64,000 nucleotides of DNA from NCBI GenBank assembly GCA_964016885.1, contig OZ024752.1:19716001-19780000 (forward strand), in the 5' to 3' direction. Position numbers and translations under genes: made by a program. How positions within the stretch are numbered: the stretch's first letter is position 1; the number at the start of each line of letters is the position of its first letter. This document shows positions 1-13,116 of the stretch, piece by piece. The DNA comes from Eledone cirrhosa (taxonomy: Eukaryota). The notes beneath the pieces were generated by a model. The model made no database searches. It saw nothing but the letters and a program-made list of their open reading frames with translations, and had not been told where the DNA came from.

Positions 1-64
1 TGTTGTTGTTGTTTGGTGTAGATTTTTAGTGGAATGCAGCATTTTTATGTCGATGTGTTCAATT

Positions 65-210
65 GGCGAATTGGTAAGATCGTCAGATAGAATGCTTTGC
101 AGTATTCGTTCTGGCTCTCATTTCTCTGAGTTCAAATCCCGCAGAGGTCAACTTTAATTTTCATCCTTTCGACGTCGATAAAAAAAAGAACCAGTCTGGT
201 ACTGGGGTCA
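65..210 (+). mobile_element. tRNA-derived SINE (Meta-like central domain; resembles octopus OK-type SINE)
   Basis: B-box-like GAGTTCAAATCCC followed by GAGGTCAACTTT...TTTCATCCTTTCG..GTCGATAAAA..ACCAGT..TACTGGGGTC; same motif recurs more than 20 times in the window. Confidence 0.8.
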
Positions 211-560
211 ATTCTTCTTCCTCGTCAAATCGGACCAAGGAAACAATGTTTCCATTGGTCTTTCCATTGCTGATACTATCAATCGGTCGCAAGGGCTGAA
301 TGAGTTATCAAAAACCAAGTCAATACGTAGTCGGAGTCACATCTTATTTATATACGATTCCATACTTTCAGTGCAGTGTGTACTGGGTGTATTTTATTGT
401 TGTACCAGTCCTAGGGAGGTTGTTTAGTTGTTTATATCCTTGACACAACTGAACAGTCCATTCGACCTTATTTTGGCATGGTTTCTACAGTTGGGTGTGC
501 CCTCCCTATTGCCAACAACTTTGAAGAGTGGGTGCATTATATATATCTATATATACTGTA

Positions 561-597
<37 letters not shown>

Positions 598-672
598 TGT
601 ATTTCCCACTCTCAAGCGTGAACCTAATACTAACATTTTGTACTGCACTCTTCGTTATTGTTTTTGTTTTAA

Positions 673-751
<79 letters not shown>

Positions 752-1096
752 TGACTTCTATTTTCACAACCTACTCAGTAAGCGAATGAGGTTTGGGATC
801 TTGTCAATCGAACGTTATGCTATCTAAATGATAAGATGATGATAATGACATGAACTGAAATACATCATCGGGATATTCTCTTTTTGCTCATGTTATCTAA
901 GGTTTTTTTTTTTTTTAAGTATAAAAATGTCGTCTGTTGGCATATCGATGTTGTTTGTTACAGTTGTTTAAAGTGTTCAGCAAGAAGAGCACAATACAGT
1001 TTTCTGTCAATGTTTGTTCAATGTACGAAGCAGACGACAAACTGTGAAGAAGGACAAAACGCAGGATGCTAGGAGTATTATGAAATGAATATGGAT

Positions 1097-1270
1097 AATA
1101 ATTGTTTCTACTTTTTGACACAAGGCCAGCAATTACCCAGTGCATTACTGGTACTTTATTTTATCGACCCCGTAAGGATGAAAGGCAAAGTTAACCTTGG
1201 CGGGATTTGAACACAGACCGTAAAGGGTCGTCGCTATTTGCTACAAAGCATGGCAACCGATACTGCCAAT
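1097..1270 (-). mobile_element. tRNA-derived SINE
   Basis: Reverse complement of the SINE consensus: TTTATCGACCCCGTAAGGATGAAAGGCAAAGTTAACC..GGCGGGATTTGAAC. Confidence 0.85.
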
Positions 1271-1789
1271 AGTAGACGTGCAGTTGATATGTAAGAAAAC
1301 AACGTCCGTCAATATGTTTAGGTATAAGAGAAATTAACGTGAAAGGTTGTGAAAATAGGAGTTAGTGTAAAATAAATGTAATAATCACACGAATAAGGTA
1401 AACTACCGAGATAGTTAAATAAAGTTATTGGGTGAGTGGGTGGTATTTTAGGGGGTTGTAGTAGTTTGAGGTAAGATTTTTTAAGTATAAAAATTATCGT
1501 CTGTCGATATATAGATATTGGTTACTTAAAACTTGCAGTTGTTTTAAAGTGGAGTGCAATGTAGTTTTATGTTAACGCTTGGTCAAGGAAGAGGACTCAA
1601 TACAGAATGCCGGATGTATTATATAGTTAATATGTTTAAATACTACACATATATTCCACATAAGAAAACAAGAAATGGACGAGAAATTAGCGTGAAAGGT
1701 TGTGAAAATAGGAGTTACTGAATGTAAATAGAATAATCACACGGATGAAGTTATCGGCATAGTTGTATAAGTTTGATTCTTTTGTATGT

Positions 1790-2105
1790 ATGGTCCCGTG
1801 ATTCCCGAGGGAATCGTATTGACATACGGCGTTTCTAGGGTATTTTTAAACCTGGAGGAACCCATCTCATCTCTAGGTCAAAATACTGTAGAATTCTTCT
1901 AGAGAAGGATAGAGAATGAAAGAATGGAAGTAAGACAGAGATATAAAGGAAGAATCGACCCCCAATACTAGACTGGTGCTTCTTTATCGACCTCGAACTG
2001 ATGAAAAGCAAAGTTGACCTCGACGGGATTTGAACTCAGAACATAGAGAGCCAAAACACAAACATTCTACCCGACGTTCTGACAACTCTATAAATTCGCC
2101 GCCGT
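1790..2105 (-). mobile_element. SINE variant with long 3' extension
   Basis: SINE head and core at 1955-2105 plus a ~170 bp extension homologous to 62090-62280 on the opposite strand. Confidence 0.75.
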
Positions 2106-2626
2106 CAAACTTTTAAAAAAATGTATTTCAAATGTTGTTTGTCGATATGTTGGTTCAATATTTTGTTTAAAGTGTTCAACGAGAGGAACGAAATGCAGTT
2201 TTTTTCTGGTGGTGTTTGTGCAATCAATGTACAAGGCAGACGACAAAATATGAAAATGAATCAATACAAGTGGAAGGGTGAAATTATAGGATAAGTATAG
2301 TTTAAATGTTAAAAACTACACATAGCTCACATATATGTAAGAAAACAAGACAATCTCTTCAAATGTAATCTAAGTGTAGGAGAAATTAGCGTGAAAGGTT
2401 GTGAAAATAGAAGTTACCATAGATGTAATGATTACGTGAAGGAACTGAGCAAAGACGACATGCAATTACCTTTCTACAAATAAGTCTCCCTTCTTATGTA
2501 TTCTATTTTATAGTTCTTTATATATTATATTATATATTTCTATATTTCATTTTTATATCAAATATGATTTAATTTATCCCGCTGTCATTACATTGACTTA
2601 GCCTTTTTATTATTTTAATATAATTG

Positions 2627-2835
2627 CGAGTTCAAATCCCGCCGAGGTTAGCTTTGCCTTTCATCTTTATGAGGTCGATAAAATAAAGTACCAGTAACGT
2701 ACTGGAGTCACTTCAATCGGCTTTCCCCTGCCCCCAAATTGTTGGCCTTGTGCCTAAATCAGAAACCATCATTTTGATATCATTGCGAGTTCAAATCCCG
2801 CCGAAGTTAGCTTTATATTTCATTCTTTCGGGGTG
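2627..2835 (+). mobile_element. Two tandem 5'-truncated SINE copies
   Basis: TTGCGAGTTCAAATCCCGCCGA occurs at about 2624 and 2783. Confidence 0.8.
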
Positions 2836-2859
2836 GGTCAAAGTTGTGTTCTTCTAATC

Positions 2860-3100
2860 TTAAAGAAATCTTACAGAAAAATGCTCTGACACATACGACG
2901 TTGGTGAACCTTCGTCGATTTCGACGACGACTGTTCCAGTTGTTCGATCAACAGAACAGACTGGTCGAGAAATTATCATGCCAGTGGACAAGTATTCCAT
3001 AGAAACGTATGTCAAGGCTAGCCCTTTGAATTGTGGGTACAACGCATTTTTTTTTTCAACTGAATGGACTGGAGGAACGGGAAAATAAAGTGTTTTACTC
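2860..3100 (+). pseudogene. Possible decayed Helitron/PIF1 helicase fragment
   Basis: With one frameshift reads FFQLNG-x-GGTGK (Walker A as in Helitron FFLDAPGGTGKT), preceded by a YD...EQ...I segment; stops present. Confidence 0.3.
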
Positions 3101-3199
3101 AAGGCCACAATGCGCTGCTGGATGCTGAAGAAACGACTTTACGATTGTGAAATGAAAACGAGACACACAAAGTCAGAAGATTTTCAGTTACGAACTGAC

Positions 3200-4090
3200 A
3201 GCCATGCTTTTAGGCCACATTGTTTTAAATGCGCAAGCACATCGCATTTAAAGGCCTCTTGTCTCCTCTTACGAACAAACACCACCGTCCCCATAAAAAG
3301 TACTTTTACCAACACAACAACAATAACACACAAAAAGTACTTTTACCAACACAACAACAATAACACACAACAACAATAACACACAAAACAAGCAAACACA
3401 CAAAAACAAACAACTGTTCAACCACAAACAACAGAAAAAACACAAACAATTCCCCTGAAAAACACAGTCCCACTCCATCCCACCCCATCCAACACTACCA
3501 CAATCACCACACACACAAACACACCATCACCACACAACATACCCCTCCCACACGCCCCTGATGTCGATTCATCACCAGACGAGGCTACTTCTCTATCCCC
3601 AAGTGAAGGTGAAGGAGAGCCTCGTAAATTAAAAAAAAAAAAGAGACACCACAAAGCCACAAAAACAAGAATCATCAACACGAACACACAACCACCAACA
3701 CAAACAACAACACAAACACCACCACAATCACCCCCCCCCCCCCTCTACCAGCAAAACAAACACCAACACCACCCCAAACACAAATGTCCACCATAAAAAG
3801 AAAACTACAAAATGAACAACAAACCCAAACAACACAACAAAAAAACAAACAACAATACACATACATTAACACAAACAACAAAAACCTAATGGAGGTAATC
3901 TCCCAAGACCCCAAAGTAGAAACTGAGAGGAAAACTTTTGTAAAAGCAGACTCTCAATCACACCTAAAACTAATAAGGGTTTCGATAAAAACCTATCAGA
4001 AATTGAAAGAACAGTTTTCACAGGACGTTGGCAACCCCTGCCAAAAACCAATAAACCGTGTCCTGTTGAAATGTTTCCCCACCCCACCTA
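3200..4090 (+). pseudogene. Tx1-type ORF1 remnant
   Basis: RPHCFKCASTSHLKASC (C-X2-C-X4-H-X4-C) followed by a low-complexity T/N/Q/P-rich, C/A-skewed region directly upstream of ORF2. Confidence 0.7.
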
Positions 4091-4149
4091 ACACCCGCAC
4101 CAGAACTGAAATGGAGATTGAACAACCCGATCTCCAGGAAACGAAAAGC

Positions 4150-7100
4150 TAAGTGCACCTTTTCGTCCTTTTCGCCAACTCTTCTCCACAAACAAGGCTG
4201 ACTTACGAGTTGGAAGCGTGAATGTGCGTGGCCTAGGGATGCCCTGGAAACAGGGCCAACTTTTAAACGACCTTAGGTCACACGGTATAGATGTAATAGC
4301 CATCACTGAGTCCAGGATCCACAACAGGCAGCAACTAACCCCCATCTTCAATGACTTTGAGATCTACGCATCTCTCTGTCAGCCGGGAGGTGGAGGGGGG
4401 ACTGTCATGTTTCAGAAAAACCTGGATCTCGAAGTACAGCAAGTACACTTGGACCCGGAGGGTAGACTGATAGTCCTAGACGTGAACAGTATTGGAGGTG
4501 GAGACTTCAGACTGGTGGCCGTTTATGCCCCGACCGGGCAATCACAAAAGCGTCTAGAGTCTTTTCTGGGAACGTCTTGCTCCTTGCTTTTAGTGGGGGA
4601 CTGGAATGGTATCCTAGATGCACGACGGGACTATGTGAGAACATGTCCCAGTAGAGCGAGGTGCAACAGCCTCAAAAATCTAATCAGCCAATTCCCACAG
4701 GCCGATAGATATCGACTAGATTTCCCGACTGCACCACAGTGGACGTGGGCAAACCGCAGCGGGACATCTAGATCGTATCTAGATAGGTTTTTCATTAGAG
4801 AAAAGGACAAGAAGATGTTAAGCTGTTCAGAAATGCACATGGTTGCCTATTCAGATCACAAACTAGCCGTCTGCATAGTCAACCGTGATAGAATACATAG
4901 ACAAAGACCCGGATACTGGAAGCTGAATGTGTCGTTGCCGGCACGAAAAGCCTACAGTGAACGGATAAGTAGATTAGTTAAGCAAGAGTTGATGGGAGCC
5001 ATCGTCAACAATAGATGGTGGTACTCTTTCAAGAGATCAATTAGAGTAGAATCGATAGGGTTTAGCAGAGAATTAGCTTTAGAGAGAAAAATTCAGAAAC
5101 AGAACTAGCAGCCAAGGTAGAAGAGGCGCTTAGGAGTGGCAACGCAGCTAGAGTGCTAGCATCGAGAACGGCACTGGACCAGTTCTTCGACGCGAAACAC
5201 GAAGGCTGCGTGGACAGAAGTAAATCACGTACTCTAGGAAACGAGGGACCAAAAGCTGTTAGCTGGGCCCGAGTGGCGGAAGCGAAAAGTGGCAAGAAGT
5301 CCACGATTCGGTCTTTGAAAGACTCCAGCCAGATGTGCGCGGCCTTTCAGCGGCACTTTGCGCGACTGTTTGAGCAGAACGACGGTGCACCGAACGGGGC
5401 AATGGACTTTGGTTCATACCTCGACGGCCTGCCACGTCTCTCGAGCATGGACGCCGAGTTCTGCGAAAGACCGATCACAGCCACTAAGATACGGGACGCT
5501 CTGAGCCGCTGCGGGAAACGCAAATCACCGGTCTAGATAGTCTACCCTATGAGTTTTACATAGGCATGCCGGACTTGTTCTCTGGCGTCCGCGAAGCCGT
5601 CTACTGCAATTGGCAGCAGAACGGGACAATTCCCGGTTCTGCAGGCAAGGGCGTAGTAACGCCGATCAGGAAAGACGAGAACAAGGGGGACGAAATAAAC
5701 AATTTCAGGCCCATAACTGCTCAACACGGAGTTAAAGATTTTGGCCAAGATGCTAGCAAGGAGGCTGGCGCTTGTCGTCGAAAACCTGGTAGGGAAAGCG
5801 CAAACGTGTGCAATCCCAACCAGGTCCATATACGACAACCTCCACCTCATGCGATACATCATAGAGAGGGTGGGGTGTAAACCCGGTTTCGGTGGGGCTC
5901 TGATAAATTTAGATCAGTCTAAGGCATTCGATAGGGTCGACCATCGATACTTGGAAGCAGTTCTCAAGGCGGCCGGTTTCGGTCCCGTTTTCAGGGGCTG
6001 GATCAAGGCGATGCACACCAGCATCTGCTCGAGTGTCAAGGTGAACGGCTACTTATCGGAGCCGTTCGCAATCACGCGTTCCATTCGACAGGGATGCCCT
6101 CTCTCCTCCATTCTGTACGTATTGACTCTAGAGCCACTACTGCGGAAGTTGGAGCTTTGTAGGGCATCCCTTTAGAACCGGGACTGCGAAAAGCGGCGTC
6201 GGCTTATGCCGACGACGTGGCGGTAATGGTGTCGAAAACCTCGGAAATCGAGGTAATCGGCAACCTACTACAGGAGTAAGAAAGGTTCACAGGAGCAAAA
6301 CTGAACCCGGACAAGTCTGTCGGTTTGCAACTCAGGACGTGGAGAGGCAAACTGATGCCGTTCGACAGCGTCGTCGGACGCTGGGCGGAAGGACCGGTGA
6401 AGCTGCTCGGAGTCTGGTTCGGACCGGACCTCCAGGTGGAGAAAAGCTAGAACGAGGTGACGGCCAAGGTGTTTGCGCTCGCCCAGAAGTGGGCAGAGTG
6501 CAAACTGTCTTTGAAAGGTCGAGCGGAGGTGGCGAACACTTTCATAGCGTCCGTAATCTACTGCCGCTTGACTGTTGTACCTTGTCCCCGTGAATACCTC
6601 ACCAAGATGGAACGCATGCTCTTCCAGTTCATGTGGAAGAAGGAGGCTCCACTGGTGAGGAGATCCGTCTGCTGTCAACACCCTTCCAACGGAGGGCTGG
6701 GCATGTCATGGCTAATGATGCGCAAACATGCGCTGAGGCTACGGCATCTCCAGGTATTCCTCACCGACCAACCGGTGTGGGCACCGTTTGTGAGACAGGC
6801 CTTCCCACAACTTGTCTCGCTGACGGAGCTGCAGTCCTGGGTGAAGCGAAGACCGACGAAGATGGGCGCCTGGCTCATTGAATGCGCCCAGGCGCTCACA
6901 GTCCTCTGTCAAGCGGGCACAGCAATCAGTGGAGACTCCACTTCGACATTCTATAAAGGGTTAGTACTTTACAAGTGCGACGACGTGCTCGGGGAGACTC
7001 TAGGCGTCGAAGACGACGAGCTCACCAGTCTGCTCGGTAGGAATTTCCGCCCGGGACCTATGGATAACTTCCAGAGGTCCCTGGCCTGGCAGTGCTACCG

Positions 7101-7590
7101 AGGAGCTCTACCCGTTCGAGATAAGATCTACAGGCACGGGCACCCCGGCAGGGATCCTTCCAAGAGAACGTGTCCAAAATGCGAGCAGGACATTGAAACC
7201 GTCTTGCACGCAATTGGACACTGCCCAGGCGTAAGCGACCTGTGGAACTATGCAGAACAACTGCTGTCGCGTATGGGACAAATCCAGTTGACTGCCGAGT
7301 CCATAGTAAGGATCAAACCGCCAACCTCTTTCAAAAACGAAAGAGAGGCGGTTTTCCTCTGTGCAGAGGCTATGGTGAAAGAGGTTATATGGTAGACGAG
7401 ATTGAGAGGACAGATGCCTTTCTCTCCGGACAACAATTGATTCCCTTTAAGTATCACTTTAGAAGGGGAATCAGAGTGGAGAGAGAGAGAGAGAGAGAAG
7501 CACTGTACCACAGTAAATTTACTGAAAGGTGAGTGAATGAAGCGAAAATGGCCCGAGTGATTGGGCCTTCTCTGTTTATAAGCCTATAGG
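4150..7590 (+). pseudogene. Tx1 ORF2 (APE endonuclease, reverse transcriptase, C-terminal zinc finger), broken by stops and frameshifts
   Basis: NVRGL, DVIAITES, VAVYAP, VGDWN, SYLDRF, SDHK (APE); LDQSKAFDRVDH, IRQGCPLS, AYADD near 6200 (RT); CPKC..ETVLHAIGHC. Confidence 0.93.
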
Positions 7591-7959
7591 TTAAATAAGA
7601 GAGCAAAAGGAAGAAGGGAACACTTGCACAACACGCTCCTGAAGTTGACGTTTGTTCTATCGACGGGGTATTAAACAACCACTTTGTGTGTGTGTGTGTG
7701 TGTGTGTCCCCCTATTGGGGATTTCTATTGTTATAATTGTTAGTTTTAATATTTTTACACGACTGTATGTAAAATCCCCGGCATGTGTCTTTGTATTGTC
7801 CCCTTTTCTTGTGCGCCCTTGTGGCAAATAAAGAAATATATCTAAACAGATTGTAGTATTGTAGATATATGCAAGCAGCAACGTATGACGTCGGGAGTGA
7901 GTTTCTAGGTTATAAGGTCAATATATCGTCAGACCATACAGAAAACTGAACTTTAGCCG

Positions 7960-8090
7960 TGTGCTCTCTCTCTCACACACACACATCCACTTATCTCTCT
8001 CACACACATCCACTTATCTCTCTCTCTCTCACACACATCCACTTATCTCTCTCTCACATACATCCACTTATCTCTTTCCCATTTCATTTT

Positions 8091-8121
<31 letters not shown>

Positions 8122-8197
8122 ACCACACACTTACCTCTCTCTCCCTCTCTCTGTATACACACACACGCGCACACTTACCTCTCTCTCCCTCTCTCTG

Positions 8198-8253
<56 letters not shown>

Positions 8254-8270
8254 AATATATATGCACCCAA
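7960..8270. repeat. Compound CT/CA/TA micro- and minisatellite
   Basis: CACATCCACTTATCTCTCT-like unit x4, then (TA)n and (CA)n. Confidence 0.85.
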
Positions 8271-9113
8271 ATTTCTTTTAAAAAGCTACACCAAGTTGAA
8301 TAAGGGTCTTACTAGTCTTTAATTAGTAACATCTTATATAAGTACTCCACTCACACAAGTATAAATACTTTGAGAAGTATTACACACATATACTCACACA
8401 GTTTACATACACGTGATGTCCTTGAGTGGGATTTCAACATCGTTGTAGTTAGTTCAGGACAATTACGATTCTCCCTATTACACATACACACAAACACACA
8501 AACACACATACACATACACACAAGTACCAAGCACACAGACACACATACACCATACACACACAAAAATTCACCACACACACTATTAAGAATGGTTTACCAA
8601 AGAGGATTACAAGAGACCCAGTAAACAAAGGAATTGGGTATTTCATATTAATTTCTTCATAATTTCAAACAATGAAACAGTGTTAGTCCTGTAGCTGTTA
8701 TATCTACATAAAATACTCCCCCCCCACACACACACACACACGATGGGCTTCCCCGTCGATGCCGTCGAATGAGAGTCCAGCAAGTTTAGTCAACTATCTG
8801 ATGTTTATCTCTGACGTGACACTTATGTCCTCTTGCAGCCAGGGGCACATGGGGCGCAATAAATACTTCAACCCTCACCCTATGTCACGTGGTAGGTGGT
8901 AATTCCGCGGATGCTTTACACATCACTCTTGCCTTCCGCAGCTGCTGGGGACGGCTAGATTCAAATGTTTTGAGGGCACTACAACCACTCGCTCTTCTTT
9001 CGGTCTAGTAGTGCCATCTGCTGACAGGTCATAAAAGGTACACTAACAGCTCCAAGATTACTCTTCAGTTTGTCCTTATACCTACCTCATCACCTACCTA
9101 TATCCCTTTTTAC

Positions 9114-9145
<32 letters not shown>

Positions 9146-9465
9146 TATATATATATCAAAATAAGAGATATATATCCTAAGAATAGGGGAGAAGGAACTA
9201 TGATATAATATATTAGATGTCTTTAGCCGAAGCGAAACATGCTCAATGCTTAGAAATGCGAGGTTAAATATTATAGTGGGGTTAATATTTAAGGAGAGTT
9301 ATGTACAGAAGATAAGTAGAGTGGGTCTATGGTGGGGGGGATATGGGGGTATATGGTGGGAGGAGTGGGTATATGGTGGGGGAAGACATTTAAAAACAAA
9401 ATTTATTTCTCTGTTTTTAAATGTCTTCCTTCCTCCACCATATATTTCTGCATATATATATATAT

Positions 9466-9654
9466 ATTAAAATAACAGATTAAAGTTTAAGCAAAGAATC
9501 GCTACTTTCACCCTTAACGGGATCTTCTGAAACTAAAAAAATCAATCTGTGAACGCAAAAGTAAATATTTGCTCTACGGTTTTTATATATTCCATGTATA
9601 TTTATCCTTATCGAGCTCTCTTTGGATTTTAGTCTTCACATTTATTATGATTAC

Positions 9655-9655
<1 letters not shown>
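9466..9655. mobile_element. Fold-back family A: inverted arm fused directly to tail
   Basis: Reverse complement of TTTCAGAAGATCCCGTTAAGGGTGAAAG...TGTTATTTTAAT joined at AAATATTT to the forward tail GCTCTACGG...CTTCACATTTATTA; flanked by (TA)n. Confidence 0.75.
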
Positions 9656-9695
<40 letters not shown>

Positions 9696-9698
<3 letters not shown>

Positions 9699-10468
9699 GG
9701 CTTTGCGGATAATGGTTTAACCATCGTCTCAGTGTGTTTGGCCTTTTAACGTATGTTGTTGCTCTAGTTCACTGTTTCTATGGAGCGCTTGCCACACATC
9801 TCGGAAGTTGTTTTTCGCTAATTTCCAATAGCCGAAATGCGATTCTCGCTCATTTATATTTGTATTAATCTCCAGATTCTAGCTATTAACCAGTTAATTT
9901 TTTTTTTTTTTTTAGTTAATTCTATTGACTGATTAATAACTTATGTTAATTTTAAAAACTATTCTTTTGTGATCTTAATTCGTTTTGTGATATTTTGCAA
10001 TTTTGCAATAACCACACACACTAAATTCATCCGCCAAGACTAGGGGCTGTCTCCCTTCTAACCCCCACGTGGGTTCAGATATCGGTCAGTTCCTTAGCTT
10101 TGCATAGAACTAAATGCTTGTTGAAAAAGTGACTTCCTTGTTCGATCATCATACCAAAAGCTTAACATTATTTGTTTAAGCAGACAGTACCTGATTTAGG
10201 AGTTGCAGAAACCCCATATTGGATTTTACCATCGTTTCCAGGAGTCCGGGTATAATTTTCAATCATATTTTATTATTTGTTTGACGCGAATTACTTGGTC
10301 GTTTCTATGGCTTTGCGGATAATGGTTTAACCATCGTCTCAGTGTGTTTGGCCTTTTAACGTACGTTGTTGCTCTAGTTCACTAGTTTCTATTGAGCGCT
10401 TGCCACACATCTCGGAAGTTGTTTTTCACTAATTTCCAATAGCCGAAATTCGATTCTCGCTAATTTAT
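9696..10468. repeat. ~165 bp direct duplication (9696-9858 and 10307-10468)
   Basis: ATGGCTTTGCGGATAATGG...GATTCTCGCT.ATTTATA is present twice, nearly identical. Confidence 0.9.
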
Positions 10469-10491
10469 ATATATACACACATATATATATG

Positions 10492-10590
10492 CAGTGTATC
10501 CACAAAAATTGTATACATGCTTTGTGTACCCGTACAGATAATATTTATTGGAATGATATTGAAGTGTATATACATTTTTGGGACACCCTG
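10492..10590. mobile_element. Tc1/mariner-type MITE (~100 bp)
   Basis: Imperfect TIRs CAGTGTATCCACAAAAATTGTATACA and TGTATATACATTTTTGGGACACCCTG in a TA context. Confidence 0.6.
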
Positions 10591-10739
10591 TATATAAATA
10601 TATATATATATATATATATAAGATTACTTCCTCCTGTTTTTGCTGAAGTTAAGAGAGTCATCACCTTAAAATTCATACCGAAACATCTCCAAATGTTTTT
10701 CCTAAACATCCCGTATATTATTCAATATACAACACCTAC

Positions 10740-10812
<73 letters not shown>

Positions 10813-10814
10813 TT

Positions 10815-11045
10815 ATTAAAATAACAGATTAAAGTTTAAGCAAAGAATCGCTGCTTTCACCCTTAACTTGATCTTCTGAAACAGTTTCAGAAGATCCCGT
10901 TAAGGGTGAAAGCAGCGATTCTTTTCTTAAACTTTAATCTGTTATTTTAATAAATTTTTGCTCTACGGTTCTTATATATTTGATATATATTTATCCTTAT
11001 CGAGCCCTCTTTGGATTTTAGTCTTCAAATTTATTATTATTATTA
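10815..11045. mobile_element. Fold-back family A: palindrome plus tail
   Basis: ~68 bp arms centred on CTGAAAC-A-GTTTCAG near 10883; only the right arm continues into the tail; (TA)n on both sides. Confidence 0.85.
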
Positions 11046-11098
11046 TATATATTATATATATATATATATCGCTATGTCGGAGCACCAATATATATATG

Positions 11099-11132
<34 letters not shown>

Positions 11133-11134
11133 TG

Positions 11135-12347
11135 TTGGTGCTACAGGTAACATGTATCCCAGTACAACCTGTCTCATGGTCGGGTCGTTGACGACTAAAC
11201 TGGGAACCCCACCAAGGTTTCTTGGTGAGGAGGGTGACCTTGGACATCCTGCAGGACTAAAAACAAAACCTGTCAAAGGGCAAAGGAGCTCTTAAGAGTC
11301 AATGGCCATCCAAAATCACCGGGAGAGATGACCCCTTAGCCTTTGTCGAGGCAGAATTCTAGGAGAAGGAAAACTCTGATATAACACCTGCAACTCTGAT
11401 GGTATCCAATGATGTTGACTTGTTCTTCTTTTTGGTAAACATCATCTTGGTTAAGAGAGTGGGACTGGCTTTGTGCAGTGCCTTTGCTCACTATAAAAGC
11501 TTCACGGCACAGGCATTTTTTTATATCTGGAGATCTCTCTGCACTTGTCATCACATAGTATCATGGGCCCAGCACTGTGTGTCAATATTTGTCACAAGTG
11601 TAGTGTTTGTACCAGAGTTTTCAAGTCGCTGGCTGGACTAAAAAGTCACACTCGTTCAGCGCATCGGTAGGAGTTCTCCTACATGGATATAAAGTAGTGG
11701 CCGTACTCGAAAACGAGTTGGCAGCCACTATGTATGTATGTATGTATGTATGTATGTATGTATGTATGTATGTATGTATGTATGTATGTATATGGTCGGG
11801 TCGTTGGCGACTAAACTGGCAACCCCACCAAGGTTTCTTTGGTGAGGAGGGTGACTTTGGACATCCTGCAGGACTAAAAACAAAACCTGTCAAAGGGCAA
11901 AGGAGCTCTTAAGAGTCAATGGCCATCCAAAATCACCGGGAGAGATGACCCCTTAGCCTTTGTCAAGGTAGAATTCTAGGAGAAGGAAAACTCTGATATA
12001 ACACCTGCAGCCCTGATGGTATCCAATGATGTTGACTTGTTCTTCTTTTTAGTAAATATCATCTTGTTTAAGAGAGTGGAACTGGCTTTGTGCAGTGCCT
12101 TTGCTCACTATAAAAGCTTCACGACACAGGCATTGCTTTATATCTGGAGATCTCTCTGCACTTGTCGTCACATGGTACCATGGGCCTAGCACTATGTGTC
12201 AATAATTGTCGCAAGTGTAGTGTTTGTACCAGAGTTTTCAAGTCGCTGGCTGGACTAAAAAATCACACTCGTTCAGCGCATCGGTAGGGGTTCTCCTACA
12301 TGGATATAAGGTAGTGGCCGTACTCGAAAACGAGTTGGCAGCCACCA
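11135..12347 (+). mobile_element. Tandem ~560-590 bp duplication containing RTE-type LINE 5' UTR sequence, separated by (TATG)n
   Basis: Copies 11135-11729 and 11792-12347; CTAGGAGAAGGAAAACTCTGA and GTCGTTGGCGACTAAAC resemble RTE 5' UTR motifs. Confidence 0.6.
11158..11204 (+). ncRNA. Candidate HDV-like ribozyme core (P1 5' strand not found)
   Basis: CCCAGT pairs with ACTGGG (P2), ACC/GGT (P3), CTAA immediately before the 3' P2 strand (J4/2). Confidence 0.4.
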
Positions 12348-12536
12348 TGTATATATATGTGTGTATGTATGTATGTATGTATGTATGTATGTATGTATGT
12401 ATGTATAAGCAAAGAGATATTTAATTTGCTGGTAATTCAACAAATTTATTTATTATAACAGATTCGAAGCACTCTAGAAGTTTCCTGGAGTATAATATCA
12501 ATGATATTAATAAATGGAAACTATAAAACCATATTT

Positions 12537-12598
12537 ATTTTATTATATATATTTCAAGGGTACCAAAAAAACTTTGGTACGCGCTCGTCAGATAAAAT
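12537..12598 (-). ncRNA. Type I hammerhead ribozyme (family B)
   Basis: Minus strand: ATTTTAT CTGACGA GCGC GTACCAAAG..TTTTGGTAC CCTT GAAA TATATA TA ATAAAAT; 7 bp stem I, palindromic stem III. Confidence 0.85.
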
Positions 12599-13070
12599 AC
12601 AAAATTTGTTTTATAAATAGTGACATACCCGATAAACCAAACCTTATCGGTTCAGGTTCCATTTGGATAGTGAATGAAAAAGAGAAAAATCTCAAATCAT
12701 TTATGATGGATATGCAAATGAAGTAGAAGCGTAGAATGAAAAAATCGTTATATTTAGACGCGAGGTAAATTTAAATAATTGTTAGGATACTTTATAAAAG
12801 AAGAAGATGAAGAAGAAGGAAGAAAGATAGGCTAATATTACAGTAATGTACTGGATAATTGCTGGACTTGTGCCTAAAGTAGAAACAATTATTATTAGGG
12901 TGCAAGTAGATTTAAAAATTAAAAATGTGTTGAGGTGGTAGAATACTAATCCAAAACTTTTAAAATATATAACTAAATCATGAGTTATATTATATATATA
13001 ATGTATATAATTAGATTTTATGAGGAATTAAGGTTGTAAGTACACTTTAGCTTATTATATTACAACCAGT

Positions 13071-13116
13071 TTGTATTTGTCCCCTTCTTTTGTGCCCCTG
13101 TGGCCAATAAAGAAAT
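13071..13116 (+). mobile_element. Extremely 5'-truncated Tx1 3' end with ~15 bp target-site duplication
   Basis: Matches 7790-7836; TATATTACAACCAGT on both sides. Confidence 0.8.

Larger units (their letters stand above)
895..2430. repeat. Three degenerate direct copies of an AT-rich unit, interrupted by SINEs
   Basis: GAGAAATTAGCGTGAAAGGTTGTGAAAATAG recurs near 1328, 1681 and 2380; GTTGTTTAAAGTG-like block near 964, 1538 and 2163. Confidence 0.7.
3200..7836 (+). mobile_element. L1/Tx1-clade non-LTR retrotransposon, decayed, 5' incomplete
   Basis: ORF1 remnant with CCHC knuckle, ORF2 APE-RT-zinc finger, 3' end ...GTGGCAAATAAAGAAAT. Confidence 0.92.

Noticed and set aside
8750-9050. Possible LINE 3' fragment on the minus strand
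   Set aside because: Only a short terminal resemblance; no translatable motif recognised
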